In this document: positions 1 through 10,447 of the stretch, one piece after another
Layout: each line of letters opens with the position of its first letter
How positions within the stretch are numbered: position 1 is the first letter of the stretch
Assembly (NCBI GenBank): GCA_021791415.1
Contig: JAJYWQ010000064.1
Span: forward strand, 91,446-155,445
Source of the DNA: a bacterium
GTDB lineage: Bacteria > Chloroflexota > Dormibacteria > Aeolococcales > Bog-877
Direction of reading: 5' to 3'
Length of the DNA: 64,000 nt
Made by a program: the position numbers and the translations under genes
The notes under the pieces: model-generated
The model's input: only the letters and a program-made list of their open reading frames with translations
Database searches by the model: none
Told to the model about the DNA's origin: nothing

Positions 1-1120
1 GCTGCGGGCCCCACTTCATGTGGGTGCGGATGGTGGTGGGCGCCGTGTAGAGGATGTCGACCTTGTAGCGCTCGATGATCTCCCACCAGCGCTCCTCGTT
101 GGGATGGTTGGGCACCCCCTCGTAGATGACCCCCGTCGTCCCGTTGCAGAGGGGGCCGAAGAGGATGTAGCTGTGGCCGGTGACCCAGCCGATGTCGGCG
201 GCGCACCAGTAGACCGAATCGGGCTTGATGTCGAAGATGTAGTAGTGGGTGGTGGCCACCCCCACCAGGTAGCCCCCGGTGGTGTGCACGATGCCCTTGG
301 GCTTGGCGGTGGTGCCGCTGGTGTAGAGGAGGTAGAGCAGGTCCTCAGAGTCCATGGGCTCGCAGGGGCAGCTGGCGGGATCGTCGCTGAGCCCTTGAAG
401 CACCTCGTCCACGTAGACGTCGCGCCCCTCGCGCATGTTCACCGGGGAGCCCATCCGCCGGCTGACGAGGCAGGTGCGGACGGTGGGGGACATCTCCAGC
501 GCGGCGTCGGAGTTGGCCTTCAGCGGGACCTTGCCACCCTTGCGCCAGCCCTCGTCCTGGGTGATCAGCAGCTCGGCCCCCATGTCGTTGAGCCGGCCCG
601 CCAGGGCGTCGGCGGAGAAGCCGCCGAAGACCACGGTGAAGGGAGCGCCGATCCGGGTGCAGGCCAGCATGGCCACGGGCAGGTCCATGCACATGCCCAT
701 GTAGATCCCCACCGGGGTGCCCTTCTTCACCCCCAGCTTCTTCAGCCCGTTGGCGAAGCGCACCACCTCGCGCTGGAGGTCTGAGAAGGTGACGGTGCGG
801 CGCTCGTCGTCAGGCTCCCCCTCCCAGTAGAAGGCGACCTTGGCCCCGCGGCCGGCCTCCACATGGCGGTCGACGCAGTTGTAGCAGACGTTGAGCTGCC
901 CGCCCAGGTACCACTTGGCGTAGGGGGGATTCCACTCGTAGAGCTTGTCGAAGGGACGGAACCAAGTGACCCGGGTCCTCCCCTGCTCCTCCCAGAACTC
1001 CTCGAACCCCTTCTGGTAGATGTCGGCCTTGGCGTTGGCCTGGGCCGCGAACTCCGGGGGGGGCGGGAAGGTCCGTCCCTCCACCTGCAGCGCGTCAATC
1101 CGGTTGCCATCAGCTGCCAT
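1..1120 (-). CDS. acs: Acetyl-CoA synthetase (N-terminal part; runs off the left edge)
   Basis: Manual translation of the minus strand from ATG 1120 (RBS GGAGG): MAADGNRIDALQVEGRTFPPP...YTSGTTAKPKG...WCAADIGWVTGHSY. Absent from the ORF track because it is truncated. Confidence 0.95.
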   Translation of the reverse strand, partial: MAADGNRIDALQVEGRTFPPPPEFAAQANAKADIYQKGFEEFWEEQGRTRVTWFRPFDKLYEWNPPYAKWYLGGQLNVCYNCVDRHVEAGRGAKVAFYWEGEPDDERRTVTFSDLQREVVRFANGLKKLGVKKGTPVGIYMGMCMDLPVAMLACTRIGAPFTVVFGGFSADALAGRLNDMGAELLITQDEGWRKGGKVPLKANSDAALEMSPTVRTCLVSRRMGSPVNMREGRDVYVDEVLQGLSDDPASCPCEPMDSEDLLYLLYTSGTTAKPKGIVHTTGGYLVGVATTHYYIFDIKPDSVYWCAADIGWVTGHSYILFGPLCNGTTGVIYEGVPNHPNEERWWEIIERYKVDILYTAPTTIRTHMKWGPQ

Positions 1121-1242
1121 ACCACCCTCCTGACTTACCCACGCGCCTGATCCACCTCCCCGCAGACGGCACCGAGCCGCGCCGGAACGCGACTCGGGTG
1201 CAGGGTATCCCCCGAGAGGGGCTCGGGGGCGGAGGTCACGCC

Positions 1243-1291
1243 GAGCGGTCCGAATCCGCCCCCAAGCGGTAGCAGCTCTAAGGGAAGCGGT
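1243..1291 (-). promoter_or_regulatory. Three LytTR-type direct repeats (ACCGCT core, 21-bp period) upstream of acs
   Basis: AGCGGT on + at 1244, 1265 and 1286. On - these read ACCGCTCG, ACCGCTTG and ACCGCTTC, resembling the E. coli BtsR/YehT box ACC[G/A]CT[C/T]A with a 13-bp spacer. Confidence 0.75.
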
Positions 1292-1326
1292 TGCGCTGGC
1301 CGGAGTCCCGGCGGATGATTCGCGCC

Positions 1327-2511
1327 ATGCCCTGGCCCGCGCTGGTGGGAATCGAGGCGGTGTTCACCGCTCTGGCGGCTGTCCTGGTGCACCGCCGGCT
1401 GCGCCGGCGCCCCTTCGCCTTCAACACCGCTGAGGAGAGGGCGACCCTGCGGACGCTGGCGTTCGCCACCTCCGCGGTCGCCAGCCTGCGCCAGGGCCTG
1501 GACCGCAAGACCGCGGTCAAAGTGCTGCGCTCACTGGTGCCCCAGTCCGGCGGGATGGCAGCGGCCATCTACGACGCGCGCCAGCTTCTCGCCTACCAGC
1601 CCGCCGCCGGCAGCCGTGCGGACGTGCACACCCGCCATCTGGAGAGGGACTCCGCCGACTTCCTCTCGGCGCTGGAGTCCGGGCGGACCCAGATGGTGCG
1701 CCTCCATCCCCAAGAGCCCACCGCCTGCCCTCTGCGGGTAGCGGTGGTGGCTCCTATCACCATCGACGACCATCCGGTGGCCGCCCTGGTCACCTACCAC
1801 GGCGGAGAGCCGAGCCCCGCCCAGCTGCGGGTCACCGCCGACCTGGGAGAGCTGCTGGCCACCCAGCTCCGGCTCCAGCGGGCCGACCAGCAGCAGGCGG
1901 CCCTGGTGCGCTCGGAGCTGCGCGCCCTGCGGGCCCAGATATCCCCCCACTTCATCTACAACCTGCTCACCACCATCGCCAGCTTCGTGCGCACCGACCC
2001 GGAGCGCTCCCGCGAGCTGCTGGTCGAGTTCGCCGACTTCAGCCGCCGGGCCTTCGCCGGCCCCAGCTCGGAGTTCACCACCCTCGCCGACGAGCTCGTC
2101 TACGTGAACCAGTACCTCAACCTGGAGCAGGCGCGCTTCGGGGAACGGCTCCAGGTGCGCTACCACATCGAGCCCGAGGTGCTGAGCACGGTCGTGCCGG
2201 CCCTTCTGGTCCAGCCCCTGGTGGAGAACGCGGTCAAGCACGGAATCGAGCAGCGGCGCGGCCGGGGCACGGTGTCCGTGGAGGCGACCGACCAGGACGA
2301 CGAGTGCTGGATCTCCGTGCGGGACGATGGCGAGGGCTTTGCGGGCGGGCTGGAGCTGGCCGACCAGCAGGGGGCGCTGGGGAACATCCACCGCCGCCTC
2401 ACCCACGTGTTCGGGCCGGGGCACGGGCTGGAGGTGGTCTCCCGGCCGGGTGAGGGGACGACGGTGACGGTGCGAGTCCCCAAGTACCGCCCTGGGGTCA
2501 AGGCCTCTTGA
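1327..2511 (+). CDS. LytS/YehU-family sensor histidine kinase
   Basis: LRAQISPHFIYNLL H-box, QPLVENAVKHG N-box, DDGEG. Start could be 1291, 1315 or 1327. Confidence 0.92.
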   Translation: MPWPALVGIEAVFTALAAVLVHRRLRRRPFAFNTAEERATLRTLAFATSAVASLRQGLDRKTAVKVLRSLVPQSGGMAAAIYDARQLLAYQPAAGSRADVHTRHLERDSADFLSALESGRTQMVRLHPQEPTACPLRVAVVAPITIDDHPVAALVTYHGGEPSPAQLRVTADLGELLATQLRLQRADQQQAALVRSELRALRAQISPHFIYNLLTTIASFVRTDPERSRELLVEFADFSRRAFAGPSSEFTTLADELVYVNQYLNLEQARFGERLQVRYHIEPEVLSTVVPALLVQPLVENAVKHGIEQRRGRGTVSVEATDQDDECWISVRDDGEGFAGGLELADQQGALGNIHRRLTHVFGPGHGLEVVSRPGEGTTVTVRVPKYRPGVKAS

Positions 2512-2512
2512 G

Positions 2513-3265
2513 GTGAGCGACGACATGATGTCGGCCCTGGTCGTCGACGACGAGGCGCCCGCACGCCAGGACCTGGGTTACCTCTTGAAGCGCTCACCTC
2601 GGATCGGAGAGGTGCGGGAGGCGGAGGACACCGCCACCGCCATGGACCTCCTCCGGGCCGCCCCTGCCGACGTGGTCTTCCTGGACATCCAGATGCCCGA
2701 CCTGGACGGCCTGCAGATGGCCCAGCTGTTGAAGTCCCTGCACCCCGGGCCCCACGTTGTCTTCGTCACCGCCTTCGAGCAGCACGCGGTGGAGGCGTTC
2801 CAGCTGGCCGCCTTCGACTACCTGCTGAAGCCGGTGCGGGCGGACCGGCTGACCCTCACCCTGGAGCGGCTCGCCGCAGCGCGGAGTGAGCTCGCCCGCG
2901 GCCCCGCCCGGCCGGAGGAGTTGGCGCGGGCCGAGTCCCGGCTGGCGGTGGTCCACCGGGGGCAGACCCTCCTCCTGTCGGTACAGGACATCCGCGTCGG
3001 CGAGGTCTCCGGCGACCGGGTGGCCCTGATCACCGGCGAGGGCCGCTACCTGGCCCGCCTTCGCCTCCAGGAGCTGGAGGCGAGGCTCAGCCGGCAGGGA
3101 TTCCTCAGGGTGCACCGCCACTACCTGGTGAACCTCCGCCATGTGACCGCGGTGGAGACCTTCTTCAACAACACCTTCCTGCTGCGGCTGGACGGGGTCC
3201 CGGAGCTGGCGGTCCCGGTCTCCCGCCGCCACGGTCAGCAGCTGCGCTCCGCCCTGGGACTCTGA
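2513..3265 (+). CDS. LytTR-family response regulator
   Basis: Receiver motifs VVDDE, FLDIQMP, YLLKP; LytTR motif FLRVHRHYLVNL and PVSRR. Confidence 0.95.
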   Translation: MSDDMMSALVVDDEAPARQDLGYLLKRSPRIGEVREAEDTATAMDLLRAAPADVVFLDIQMPDLDGLQMAQLLKSLHPGPHVVFVTAFEQHAVEAFQLAAFDYLLKPVRADRLTLTLERLAAARSELARGPARPEELARAESRLAVVHRGQTLLLSVQDIRVGEVSGDRVALITGEGRYLARLRLQELEARLSRQGFLRVHRHYLVNLRHVTAVETFFNNTFLLRLDGVPELAVPVSRRHGQQLRSALGL

Positions 3266-3266
3266 G

Positions 3267-3608
3267 GTGGGCCGCGACGGCCACCCGACCTCCCCCGGGC
3301 AGCCCTCGTCGTCCGGTCTGCGGGAGTTCTCCGAGCAGACCGAGGTCGGGGGCATCTTCCTCCAGGCTCTGATGCGCCGCCAGCTGCGGCTGAGTCTGGG
3401 GGTGGCCGCGGTGTTCTTCGTCTTCCTCGGAGCCCAACCGCTGCTGTCCACGGTGTGGAGGCCGTGGACCAGATGGGAGGTCGCGGGTGTGCCCGTGACC
3501 TGGGTGGTGCTCGGGGTCCTCTCCTACCCACTCCTGGTGTGGCTGGGGCGCCACTACGTGCGCCGGGCCGAGGAGGTGGACGAGGAGTTCACCGACCTCC
3601 TGCGCTGA
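3267..3608 (+). CDS. DUF485-like small membrane protein (ActP partner)
   Basis: Two TM helices, ends YVRRAEEVDEEF, directly upstream of an SSS transporter. Confidence 0.75.
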   Translation: MGRDGHPTSPGQPSSSGLREFSEQTEVGGIFLQALMRRQLRLSLGVAAVFFVFLGAQPLLSTVWRPWTRWEVAGVPVTWVVLGVLSYPLLVWLGRHYVRRAEEVDEEFTDLLR

Positions 3609-3615
3609 GACCCGG

Positions 3616-5502
3616 GTGACCCCTTCGGTGGCGGCGGTACTGGGCCTGGTGGCGATGGCGCTGATCAGCATCCTGGCCGGCCTCTTCGCCCGCCGCTACA
3701 GCCGCACCACCTCCGACTTCATGGTCGCGGCCCGGGCCGTGCCCCCGAGGGTCAACGCCGCGGCCATCAGCGGCGAGTATTTGAGCGCCGCCTCCTTCCT
3801 CGGGGTGGCCGGCCTGGTGATGCAGTTCGGGTACGACGTGCTCTGGTACCCCGTGGGATACGCGGCCGGGTACCTCCTGCTCCTGCTCTTCGTGGCCGGA
3901 CCTCTGCGCCGTTTCGGCGCCTATACCATCCCGGACTTCGCCGAGGGGCGGTTCGACAGCCCCAAGTTCCGCCGGTTGGCGGTGATCCTGGTCCTGGTGA
4001 TCGGCTTCTTCTATGCCCTTCCCCAGATGAAGGCCGCCGGCCTCACGGTGGAGACCGCTTCCGGCCTCCCCTACTGGGTGGGGGTCGCGGTGGTGGCGGT
4101 GGTGGTGGTGACCGCCGTCACCGGAGGCGGGATGCGCGGCATCACCCTGGTCCAGAGCCTCCAGTTCGCGGCCAAGATCTTTGCCATCTCCCTCCCCGCG
4201 TTTCTCCTCCTTCTCCACTTCGGCGGGCCGGCCACTCCGTTCGCCGCCGCCCGCGGCCAACTGGTTCGTCTGCCGGCCAGCACCACCTACCGGGTCTCCC
4301 GGGGCGAGCTCTGGCAGCTCCCCCGGGCCACCTCCCTGGACGTGGAGGGAGAGGCCCTGGTGCTGTGGAGTCGGGAGGACCCGGTCAGGGCCCCCGGGGC
4401 GGTCACCGCCGAGGTCGGGGACACGCCCGCTCCCTCCTCGCCGGTGAGGGGATCGAAGCACCTCCTCCTGTTCGGACGCCAGCGGATCCCGGCTGGAACT
4501 TTGGTCTGGGGCGGAAGCGCCACGGTGCTGGTCCCCAAGGGGCAGCCGGCACCCTTCGGGAGCGCCACCCCCGCCGCCACCACCGCCAGCTGGTCGGCCC
4601 CCTTCGGTCCTTTGGCGGGGGGCAGCGGCCACCCGCTGCTCTTCACCTACTCGCTGATCCTGGCCATCGTCCTGGGGACGATCGGCCTCCCCCACATCCT
4701 GGTTCGTTTCTACACCAACCCCGACGCCCGGGCGGCTCGGCGCACCGCCCTGCTGGTCCTGGTGCTGCTGGGCGCCTTCTACCTCTGGCCCCCGGTGTTC
4801 GGCGCCCTGGGGCGGGCCCTGGACCCCTCCCTGTACGGCAACAACCTGACGGACGCGGTGGTGCTGGTCCTGCCCTCGCTTCTGGGCGGATGGCTCGGGC
4901 AGCTGCTGCTGGCGGTGGTGGCGGCCGGGGCCTTCGCGGCCTTCACCTCCACCCTGAGCGGGCTGCTGGTCTCGCTCGCCGGCGCTTTGGGCCACGACGT
5001 GTACGGCAGGTGGCTGCGTCCCAGCGCCAGTGCCCACCGCCGCCGGGTCGCCTTCCAGGTGGCCGCGGTGGGAGCGGGGGCGCTGGCCGCGGCGCTGGGA
5101 CTGATGGTCGGCCAGTTCGACATCAGCGTCCTGGTGGGCTGGGCGTTCGCGATAGCGGCGAGCTCCTTCTTCCCGCTCCTGGTGCTGGGCATCTGGTGGC
5201 CGCGGCTGACCACCAGGGCCGCCGCCCTGGGGGTGGCGCTGGGGGGAGGCACCGCCACCCTGGCCATCGTGACCACCATGGTGGCGACCCTCAGCCCGCA
5301 GGTGGAGGACTTCCTCGCCCGATCCTCGGGGCTGGCCGTGATCCTGGCTCAGCCGGCCATCGTCACCGTGCCGCTGGCCTTCGCCACCATGGTCCTGGGA
5401 TCCCTTCTGCGCCCCGGTCCGCCACCAGGGGTGGCCGCCAAGCTGGTGCAGCTCCACGCCCCCGAGCTGCTGGGGCTTCGCTCCGACTACATCCCGGAGT
5501 GA
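3616..5502 (+). CDS. Cation/acetate symporter (ActP-like, SSS family)
   Basis: AISGEYLSAASFLG, YTIPDFAEGRF, GLPHILVRFYTNPD, AFAIAASSFFP. Confidence 0.9.
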   Translation: MTPSVAAVLGLVAMALISILAGLFARRYSRTTSDFMVAARAVPPRVNAAAISGEYLSAASFLGVAGLVMQFGYDVLWYPVGYAAGYLLLLLFVAGPLRRFGAYTIPDFAEGRFDSPKFRRLAVILVLVIGFFYALPQMKAAGLTVETASGLPYWVGVAVVAVVVVTAVTGGGMRGITLVQSLQFAAKIFAISLPAFLLLLHFGGPATPFAAARGQLVRLPASTTYRVSRGELWQLPRATSLDVEGEALVLWSREDPVRAPGAVTAEVGDTPAPSSPVRGSKHLLLFGRQRIPAGTLVWGGSATVLVPKGQPAPFGSATPAATTASWSAPFGPLAGGSGHPLLFTYSLILAIVLGTIGLPHILVRFYTNPDARAARRTALLVLVLLGAFYLWPPVFGALGRALDPSLYGNNLTDAVVLVLPSLLGGWLGQLLLAVVAAGAFAAFTSTLSGLLVSLAGALGHDVYGRWLRPSASAHRRRVAFQVAAVGAGALAAALGLMVGQFDISVLVGWAFAIAASSFFPLLVLGIWWPRLTTRAAALGVALGGGTATLAIVTTMVATLSPQVEDFLARSSGLAVILAQPAIVTVPLAFATMVLGSLLRPGPPPGVAAKLVQLHAPELLGLRSDYIPE

Positions 5503-5503
5503 G

Positions 5504-6478
5504 TCAGTAGCCCTGGGCTGGGTCGGCGACATTCCGCAGCGGCAGCCCCTCACGGAAGCGGGTGAGCTGGTCCAGAAACAGCTCGGTGCTGCGTTTGGCG
5601 AAGTGCGGGGAGCTCCAGCTCACATGGGGGCTGAGGTGGGCGCCGGGAGCCGTCCACAGGGGGGACGAGTCCGGTAGCGGCTCCTCCTCGAAGGCGTCCA
5701 GGTAGGCCGCGGACAGCGGCCCGCCGGCCAGCGCCCGGAGCAGCGCCGGCTCGTCCACCAGGCCGCCCCGGGCGACGTTGACCAGCGCCGACCCGTCGGC
5801 CATCAGCCGCAGCTCTGCCTCCCCGACCATCCCCCGGCTGCTGCCGGTGAGCGGGGCCGCCAGCACCAGCGCGTCCGCACCACGGCACGCCTCGGTGAGC
5901 CCCTCCGGGCCCACGACCGGCAGCCCGTGGTGCCCCCCACCCAACTCGGGGCGGCGTCGCACCGCCACCACCTGCGCTCCCAGGGCCAGGGCCCGCCGAG
6001 CCACCTCGTTGCCGATCGCTCCCAGGCCGACCAGCACCAACCTTAGGTCCCCCAGCTCCCTCAGGGGGACCGCCTCGAAGCGGCGCTGCCGCTGCAGCTC
6101 ATCCAGGTGGGCCAGCCGCTTGCAGTGGTGCAGGAGGCAGGCCAAAACGAATTCGGCGATGGGGACCGCCACCACCCCGGCGGAGGTCGTGAGGGTCACC
6201 CCCGGGTGGCCCTCCAGCAGAGGTCGCAGGTGGTCGATCCCGGCGCTGACCGTGTGTACCCAGCGCACCTCGGGGTGAGCCTTCAGCCCCGCCTCCAGGG
6301 GGTCCTCGGGCGATCCCTCGGGGCGGCCCCCGAAGAGCCGCCAGATGCAGTCGAAGGATCCCTCGCCCACCCCGGCCCCGGGCCCGACCAGCTCCACTCC
6401 CTGGTCCAGCCGAGCCAGCACCCCGGGATCGGGGGTGGGGCTGCGCCCCACCACAAGACACCTCACCTTTGGGCGCAC
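5504..6478 (-). CDS. D-2-hydroxyacid dehydrogenase family protein
   Basis: GLGAIG NAD-binding motif, LVNVARGGLVDE, LDAFEEEPL, SPH. Confidence 0.9.
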   Translation of the reverse strand: MRPKVRCLVVGRSPTPDPGVLARLDQGVELVGPGAGVGEGSFDCIWRLFGGRPEGSPEDPLEAGLKAHPEVRWVHTVSAGIDHLRPLLEGHPGVTLTTSAGVVAVPIAEFVLACLLHHCKRLAHLDELQRQRRFEAVPLRELGDLRLVLVGLGAIGNEVARRALALGAQVVAVRRRPELGGGHHGLPVVGPEGLTEACRGADALVLAAPLTGSSRGMVGEAELRLMADGSALVNVARGGLVDEPALLRALAGGPLSAAYLDAFEEEPLPDSSPLWTAPGAHLSPHVSWSSPHFAKRSTELFLDQLTRFREGLPLRNVADPAQGY

Positions 6479-6576
6479 TGGTCCGCTCCAGTCAGGGTGC
6501 GACTGCCGACCGCGGCCGGTCGCGCTCCCTTCCGGCTGAATCCTTCCGCACCGCCCACTTCAGGCATTATGTCGCC

Positions 6577-7413
6577 ATGCCGGAGACGCCCCAGCCCCTA
6601 GTGCAGCCGGACCAGCTCATCCGGCACCTGGGTGCGCCGGACCTGGTGGTGCTGGACGTGCGCTGGTCTTTGGAGCGGGGCGCCGAACGCCAGGCCTACC
6701 GCGCCGGGCACATCCCCGGCGCGGAGTTCGTCGACCTGGACCAGGAGCTCGCCGCACCCGCGGGCCCGCGGGGTCGCCACCCCCTCCCCAAGGTGGAGAG
6801 CTTCGCCGCCGACATGCGCCGCCACGGGGTCAGCGCCTCGAGCCAGGTCGTGGTGTACGACGAGGTCACCGGAGCCGCGGCCCGGGCCTGGTGGATGCTC
6901 CGCGCCGCGGGCCACCGCCGGGTGGCGGTCCTGGACGGCGGCCTCCAGGCCTATCTGGAGGCGGGGGGGAGGCTCACGTCTGAGCTGCCAGCCCCCCGGG
7001 CCGGCGACTTCCAGACCACAGGGTTCGAGAGCTGGGTGGGGGCGGACGGCCTCGAGACCTGCCGGGATGAGGGGACTCTGGTGGTGGACGCGCGGGCGAG
7101 GGGGCGCTACCTGGGGCAGCCGAACCCGCTCGACCCCCGTCCCGGACACATCCCGGGGGCGGTGAGCCTCCCCTGGACCGACCTCTTCGAAGAGGGTCGG
7201 CTCCGCCCCGCGGCCGAGCTTCGCCGCCTGCTGGGGGAATCCGGCGCCGGTGACCGCCCGGTGGTGGTGTACTGCGGCTCCGGGGTCACCGCCTGCGCGG
7301 TGCTCCTCGCCCTGGAGGTGGCAGGAGGTGGACCGGGACGGCTTTACCCGGGCTCCTGGAGCGAATGGGCGGCGGACCCCAGCCGGCCGGTGCAGAACCC
7401 GGCGGCCGGCTGA
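6577..7413 (+). CDS. Tandem-rhodanese sulfurtransferase (SseA-like)
   Basis: GHIPGA twice, active site YCGSGVTAC, LYPGSWSEW. Confidence 0.92.
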   Translation: MPETPQPLVQPDQLIRHLGAPDLVVLDVRWSLERGAERQAYRAGHIPGAEFVDLDQELAAPAGPRGRHPLPKVESFAADMRRHGVSASSQVVVYDEVTGAAARAWWMLRAAGHRRVAVLDGGLQAYLEAGGRLTSELPAPRAGDFQTTGFESWVGADGLETCRDEGTLVVDARARGRYLGQPNPLDPRPGHIPGAVSLPWTDLFEEGRLRPAAELRRLLGESGAGDRPVVVYCGSGVTACAVLLALEVAGGGPGRLYPGSWSEWAADPSRPVQNPAAG

Positions 7414-7419
7414 GCCGCC

Positions 7420-8169
7420 CTACTCCCTCCGGGCCACCTTGTGGCTCGCGGCCTGCTGGACCGGGCGCATCACGATCTGGTCGAGGTCCACATGCGGCGG
7501 CCGGGTGGCGGCGAAGGCCACCACGTCCGCGACGTCGGCTGCGGTCAGTGCCTCGACCCCTCGGTACACCTGAGCGGCACGCCCCGCGTCTCCCCGGAAG
7601 CGGTTCAGAGAGAAGTCCGTCTCCACCATCCCCGGGCAGACCTCGGTGACCCTGACGGGGCGCCCCGCCAGCTCCAGGCGGAGGGTCCGGGAGATGGCGT
7701 GGACGGCATGCTTGGCGGAGGTGTATCCGGCCCCGCCCTCGTATACCTCGAAAGCGGCGGTGGAGGAGATGTTCACCACGATCCCCCGGCCGGAGCGCTC
7801 CAGGGCGGGGATCAGCTGCCGGGTCATCGCCACCAGCCCGAGGACGTTGACCTCCCACATCCAGCGCCAGTCCTCGAGCGGCGCTGCCTCGACCGGGTCC
7901 AGCCCCCGGGCGCCGCCGGCGTTGTTGACCAAGACCGCCAGCTCCTCCACCCCCTGGCAGAATTCCGTCACGCTGTCCTGGTCGGCCACGTCCAGGTGGC
8001 GCCAACTGGCGCCCAGCTCGGCGGCCAGCGGCACCAGGAGTCCCTCCCGGCGCGCCCCCAGGAGCAGGTCGAATCCCTCGGCGCTCAGCCGGCGCGCCAC
8101 CGCCTCTCCGATCCCCGAGCTGGCCCCGGTGACCACCGCCAGCGGGCGGCCCTGCTTCCCGTTCACCAT
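7420..8169 (-). CDS. SDR oxidoreductase (YdfG-like)
   Basis: [25 protein letters not shown]. Confidence 0.92.
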   Translation of the reverse strand: MVNGKQGRPLAVVTGASSGIGEAVARRLSAEGFDLLLGARREGLLVPLAAELGASWRHLDVADQDSVTEFCQGVEELAVLVNNAGGARGLDPVEAAPLEDWRWMWEVNVLGLVAMTRQLIPALERSGRGIVVNISSTAAFEVYEGGAGYTSAKHAVHAISRTLRLELAGRPVRVTEVCPGMVETDFSLNRFRGDAGRAAQVYRGVEALTAADVADVVAFAATRPPHVDLDQIVMRPVQQAASHKVARRE

Positions 8170-10181
8170 CCGCTATCCTCCCATGCCTCCCCGGCTTTCG
8201 GGGCGGAGAGCTGCTCCTCCATCTCCTCCGCCATCGTGGTGGGCATCCGGCAGGTGAAGGCACGGCAGACATACGCCGTGGGGATGCCGCCCAGGGCGGG
8301 GCGCCCGGCGGCGAGTGGCGGTACCGGCTCCGACCCGGTTGCGACCGCCACCACCAGGGTCGGCCGGAAGTGGGAGCGGGCCCGGCGGAGGAGCTCGAGA
8401 TGACCTCCGGGGGCGGCTGCTATGGCCAGCTGGGTCGCCCCCGCCCCCATGACCTCGAGGTCGGCCAGCAGGCCCCCGAAGGCCAGCGGCTGGGAGGTGG
8501 CCGCCTGGCCCAGGCGGGACACGGCGGCATCCGCCCGCTCCGACCACGAGGACTCGCCGGTCAGCTGCCAGAGCCGCCAGCAGAGCAAGGCCATCTGGGA
8601 AATACCGGAGCGCGTGGCCCCGTCATCGACCACTGTCGGCCGCGCCGGGAGCAGGGGGTCAGCTCCGGCGGCGGTCTCGTGCCAGAGCCCCTCCCCGTCC
8701 GCATGGACCCGCTCGGCCGCCTCCGCCAGCGCCATCGACCGCTCGACCCACACACCCTCACCGGTGACCTCGTGCATCCAGAGGCCGCACAGGCCAAGGG
8801 CCGCCCGGTCCTCAAGGGTGGCCGGAAGTCGGGAGCTCGAGCCGTACAGGAGATGGGTCAGCTCCCCCGTGGAGTCGCGGGCGCTTCGGTGCAGCAGGAG
8901 GGCGCAGCGCAGGGCCGCGGTGAGGAATCGCTCCTCGGAGAGGACGAGCCCCAGCTCGGCCAGCGCGCTGGCGGCCTGGGCATTCCAGGCTACCACTACC
9001 TTGTCGTCGCGCTGGGGCTGGGGGCGCTCCGCCCGCGCCTCCACGAGCCGCGAGCGGACCTCGGCGGCCCTCGGGGGCAGGCGCCCCCAGGGGAGCGCGG
9101 CCTGAGGCACGAAGTCACCGTCCACCCGGGCTTCTGGGTCCAGCCTCCAGAACTCCCGCCAGCCGTCTCCCACGGCCCGGTCCAGCTGCTCCCGGCTCCA
9201 GAGGTAGGTGAGTCCCTCCCGGCCGGCGGAGTCGGCGTCGAGGCCGGCGGCGAACCCTCCCTGAGGCAGCCCCAGCCCGCTGACGACGAACTCGGCTGTC
9301 CGGACGGCCACCGCCAGCGCCCCCTCGTCCCCGTTCAGCTGCCAGTGATGGAGGTAAAGGGGGATGAGCTGGGCCTGGTCATAGAGCATCTTCTCGAAGT
9401 GGGGCACCCCCCAGCGGCCATCCACCGAGTAGCGGTGGAATCCCCCGCCCAACTGGTCGTGAATACCTCCCTCCGCCATGCGCCGGAGGGTCAGTCCCAC
9501 GGCCCGCCCCGCCTCCTGGTCCCCGCGCAGGGCGGAGCGCGCCTGGAGGAATTCCAGGAGGGGGGCCTGGGGGAACTTGGGGGAGCCGCGGAGCCCACCC
9601 TGGTCCTGGTCCCAGCCGCCGAGCACGCGCTCCGCGGCGGCGGTGAGGTCCCCTGGCAAAGGTGCGGCCCCCCTCCCGCCAACCCTCGGCGCCGCCAGCG
9701 CCAGCGCCAGCTCCCGAGAGGTCGCCTCGAGATCCGGGCGCCGGTCCCGGTAGGCCGCCGCGGCAGCCAGCAGCACCCGCCGGAAGGCGGGCAGGCCACC
9801 CCGGTCGCGCGGCGGGAAGTAGGTGCCGGCGAAGTAGGGACGCCCGTCCGGGAGCAGGAAGACGGTCATCGGCCAGCCACCGGACCCCGTGAGGGCCAGC
9901 AGCGCGTCCATGTAGACCCGGTCGACCCCCGGGCGCTCCTCTCGATCGACCTTGATGGAGACGAAGAGGCGGTTCTGGAGCTCTGCCACCTCGGGGTCGG
10001 AGAAGGACTCATGGGCCATGACGTGGCACCAGTGGCAGGTGGAGTAGCCCACGCTGAGGAGCACGGGCTTGTCCTGGGCCCGCGCGGCCGTGAACGCCTC
10101 CTCACCCCAGGGGTACCAGTCGACCGGGTTCTCCTGGTGCTGGCGGAGGTAGAGGCTGGACTCCTGGGCCAGGCGGTTCAT
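8163..10181 (-). CDS. Thioredoxin-domain protein (YyaL/SPATA20, DUF255)
   Basis: [40 protein letters not shown]. Confidence 0.92.
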   Translation of the reverse strand: MNRLAQESSLYLRQHQENPVDWYPWGEEAFTAARAQDKPVLLSVGYSTCHWCHVMAHESFSDPEVAELQNRLFVSIKVDREERPGVDRVYMDALLALTGSGGWPMTVFLLPDGRPYFAGTYFPPRDRGGLPAFRRVLLAAAAAYRDRRPDLEATSRELALALAAPRVGGRGAAPLPGDLTAAAERVLGGWDQDQGGLRGSPKFPQAPLLEFLQARSALRGDQEAGRAVGLTLRRMAEGGIHDQLGGGFHRYSVDGRWGVPHFEKMLYDQAQLIPLYLHHWQLNGDEGALAVAVRTAEFVVSGLGLPQGGFAAGLDADSAGREGLTYLWSREQLDRAVGDGWREFWRLDPEARVDGDFVPQAALPWGRLPPRAAEVRSRLVEARAERPQPQRDDKVVVAWNAQAASALAELGLVLSEERFLTAALRCALLLHRSARDSTGELTHLLYGSSSRLPATLEDRAALGLCGLWMHEVTGEGVWVERSMALAEAAERVHADGEGLWHETAAGADPLLPARPTVVDDGATRSGISQMALLCWRLWQLTGESSWSERADAAVSRLGQAATSQPLAFGGLLADLEVMGAGATQLAIAAAPGGHLELLRRARSHFRPTLVVAVATGSEPVPPLAAGRPALGGIPTAYVCRAFTCRMPTTMAEEMEEQLSAPKAGEAWEDSGW

Positions 10182-10447
10182 CGTGCATCGGAGGCCGGCA
10201 CACGTCGACCTCGCGCCTCCGGCCAGGGGCACACCGGGGCCTTAAGGGGGCTCCGCAGCTCCTCGGCCAGAGTCCAGTTTTTCGGCATGTGCGCTCTTTG
10301 TGACCCGATGGTGCACCGCCCACGTTAGCGCCCATGGGTGGCCGGACAGAACTCTCGAGACCGCTCGGGGTGTTGTTGGCCCGCGGCCACAGATCGCCGA
10401 GCGCCGGGGACAACTTCCGGGTGGGCGCCCGATGCGACAATCGGAAG

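Noticed and set aside
20..784. Long antisense or alternative-frame ORFs (for example 20-784, 3589-5553, 8370-10328, 36854-39514, 60060-62963)
   Set aside because: Shadow ORFs expected at high GC, overlapping genes with clear motifs.
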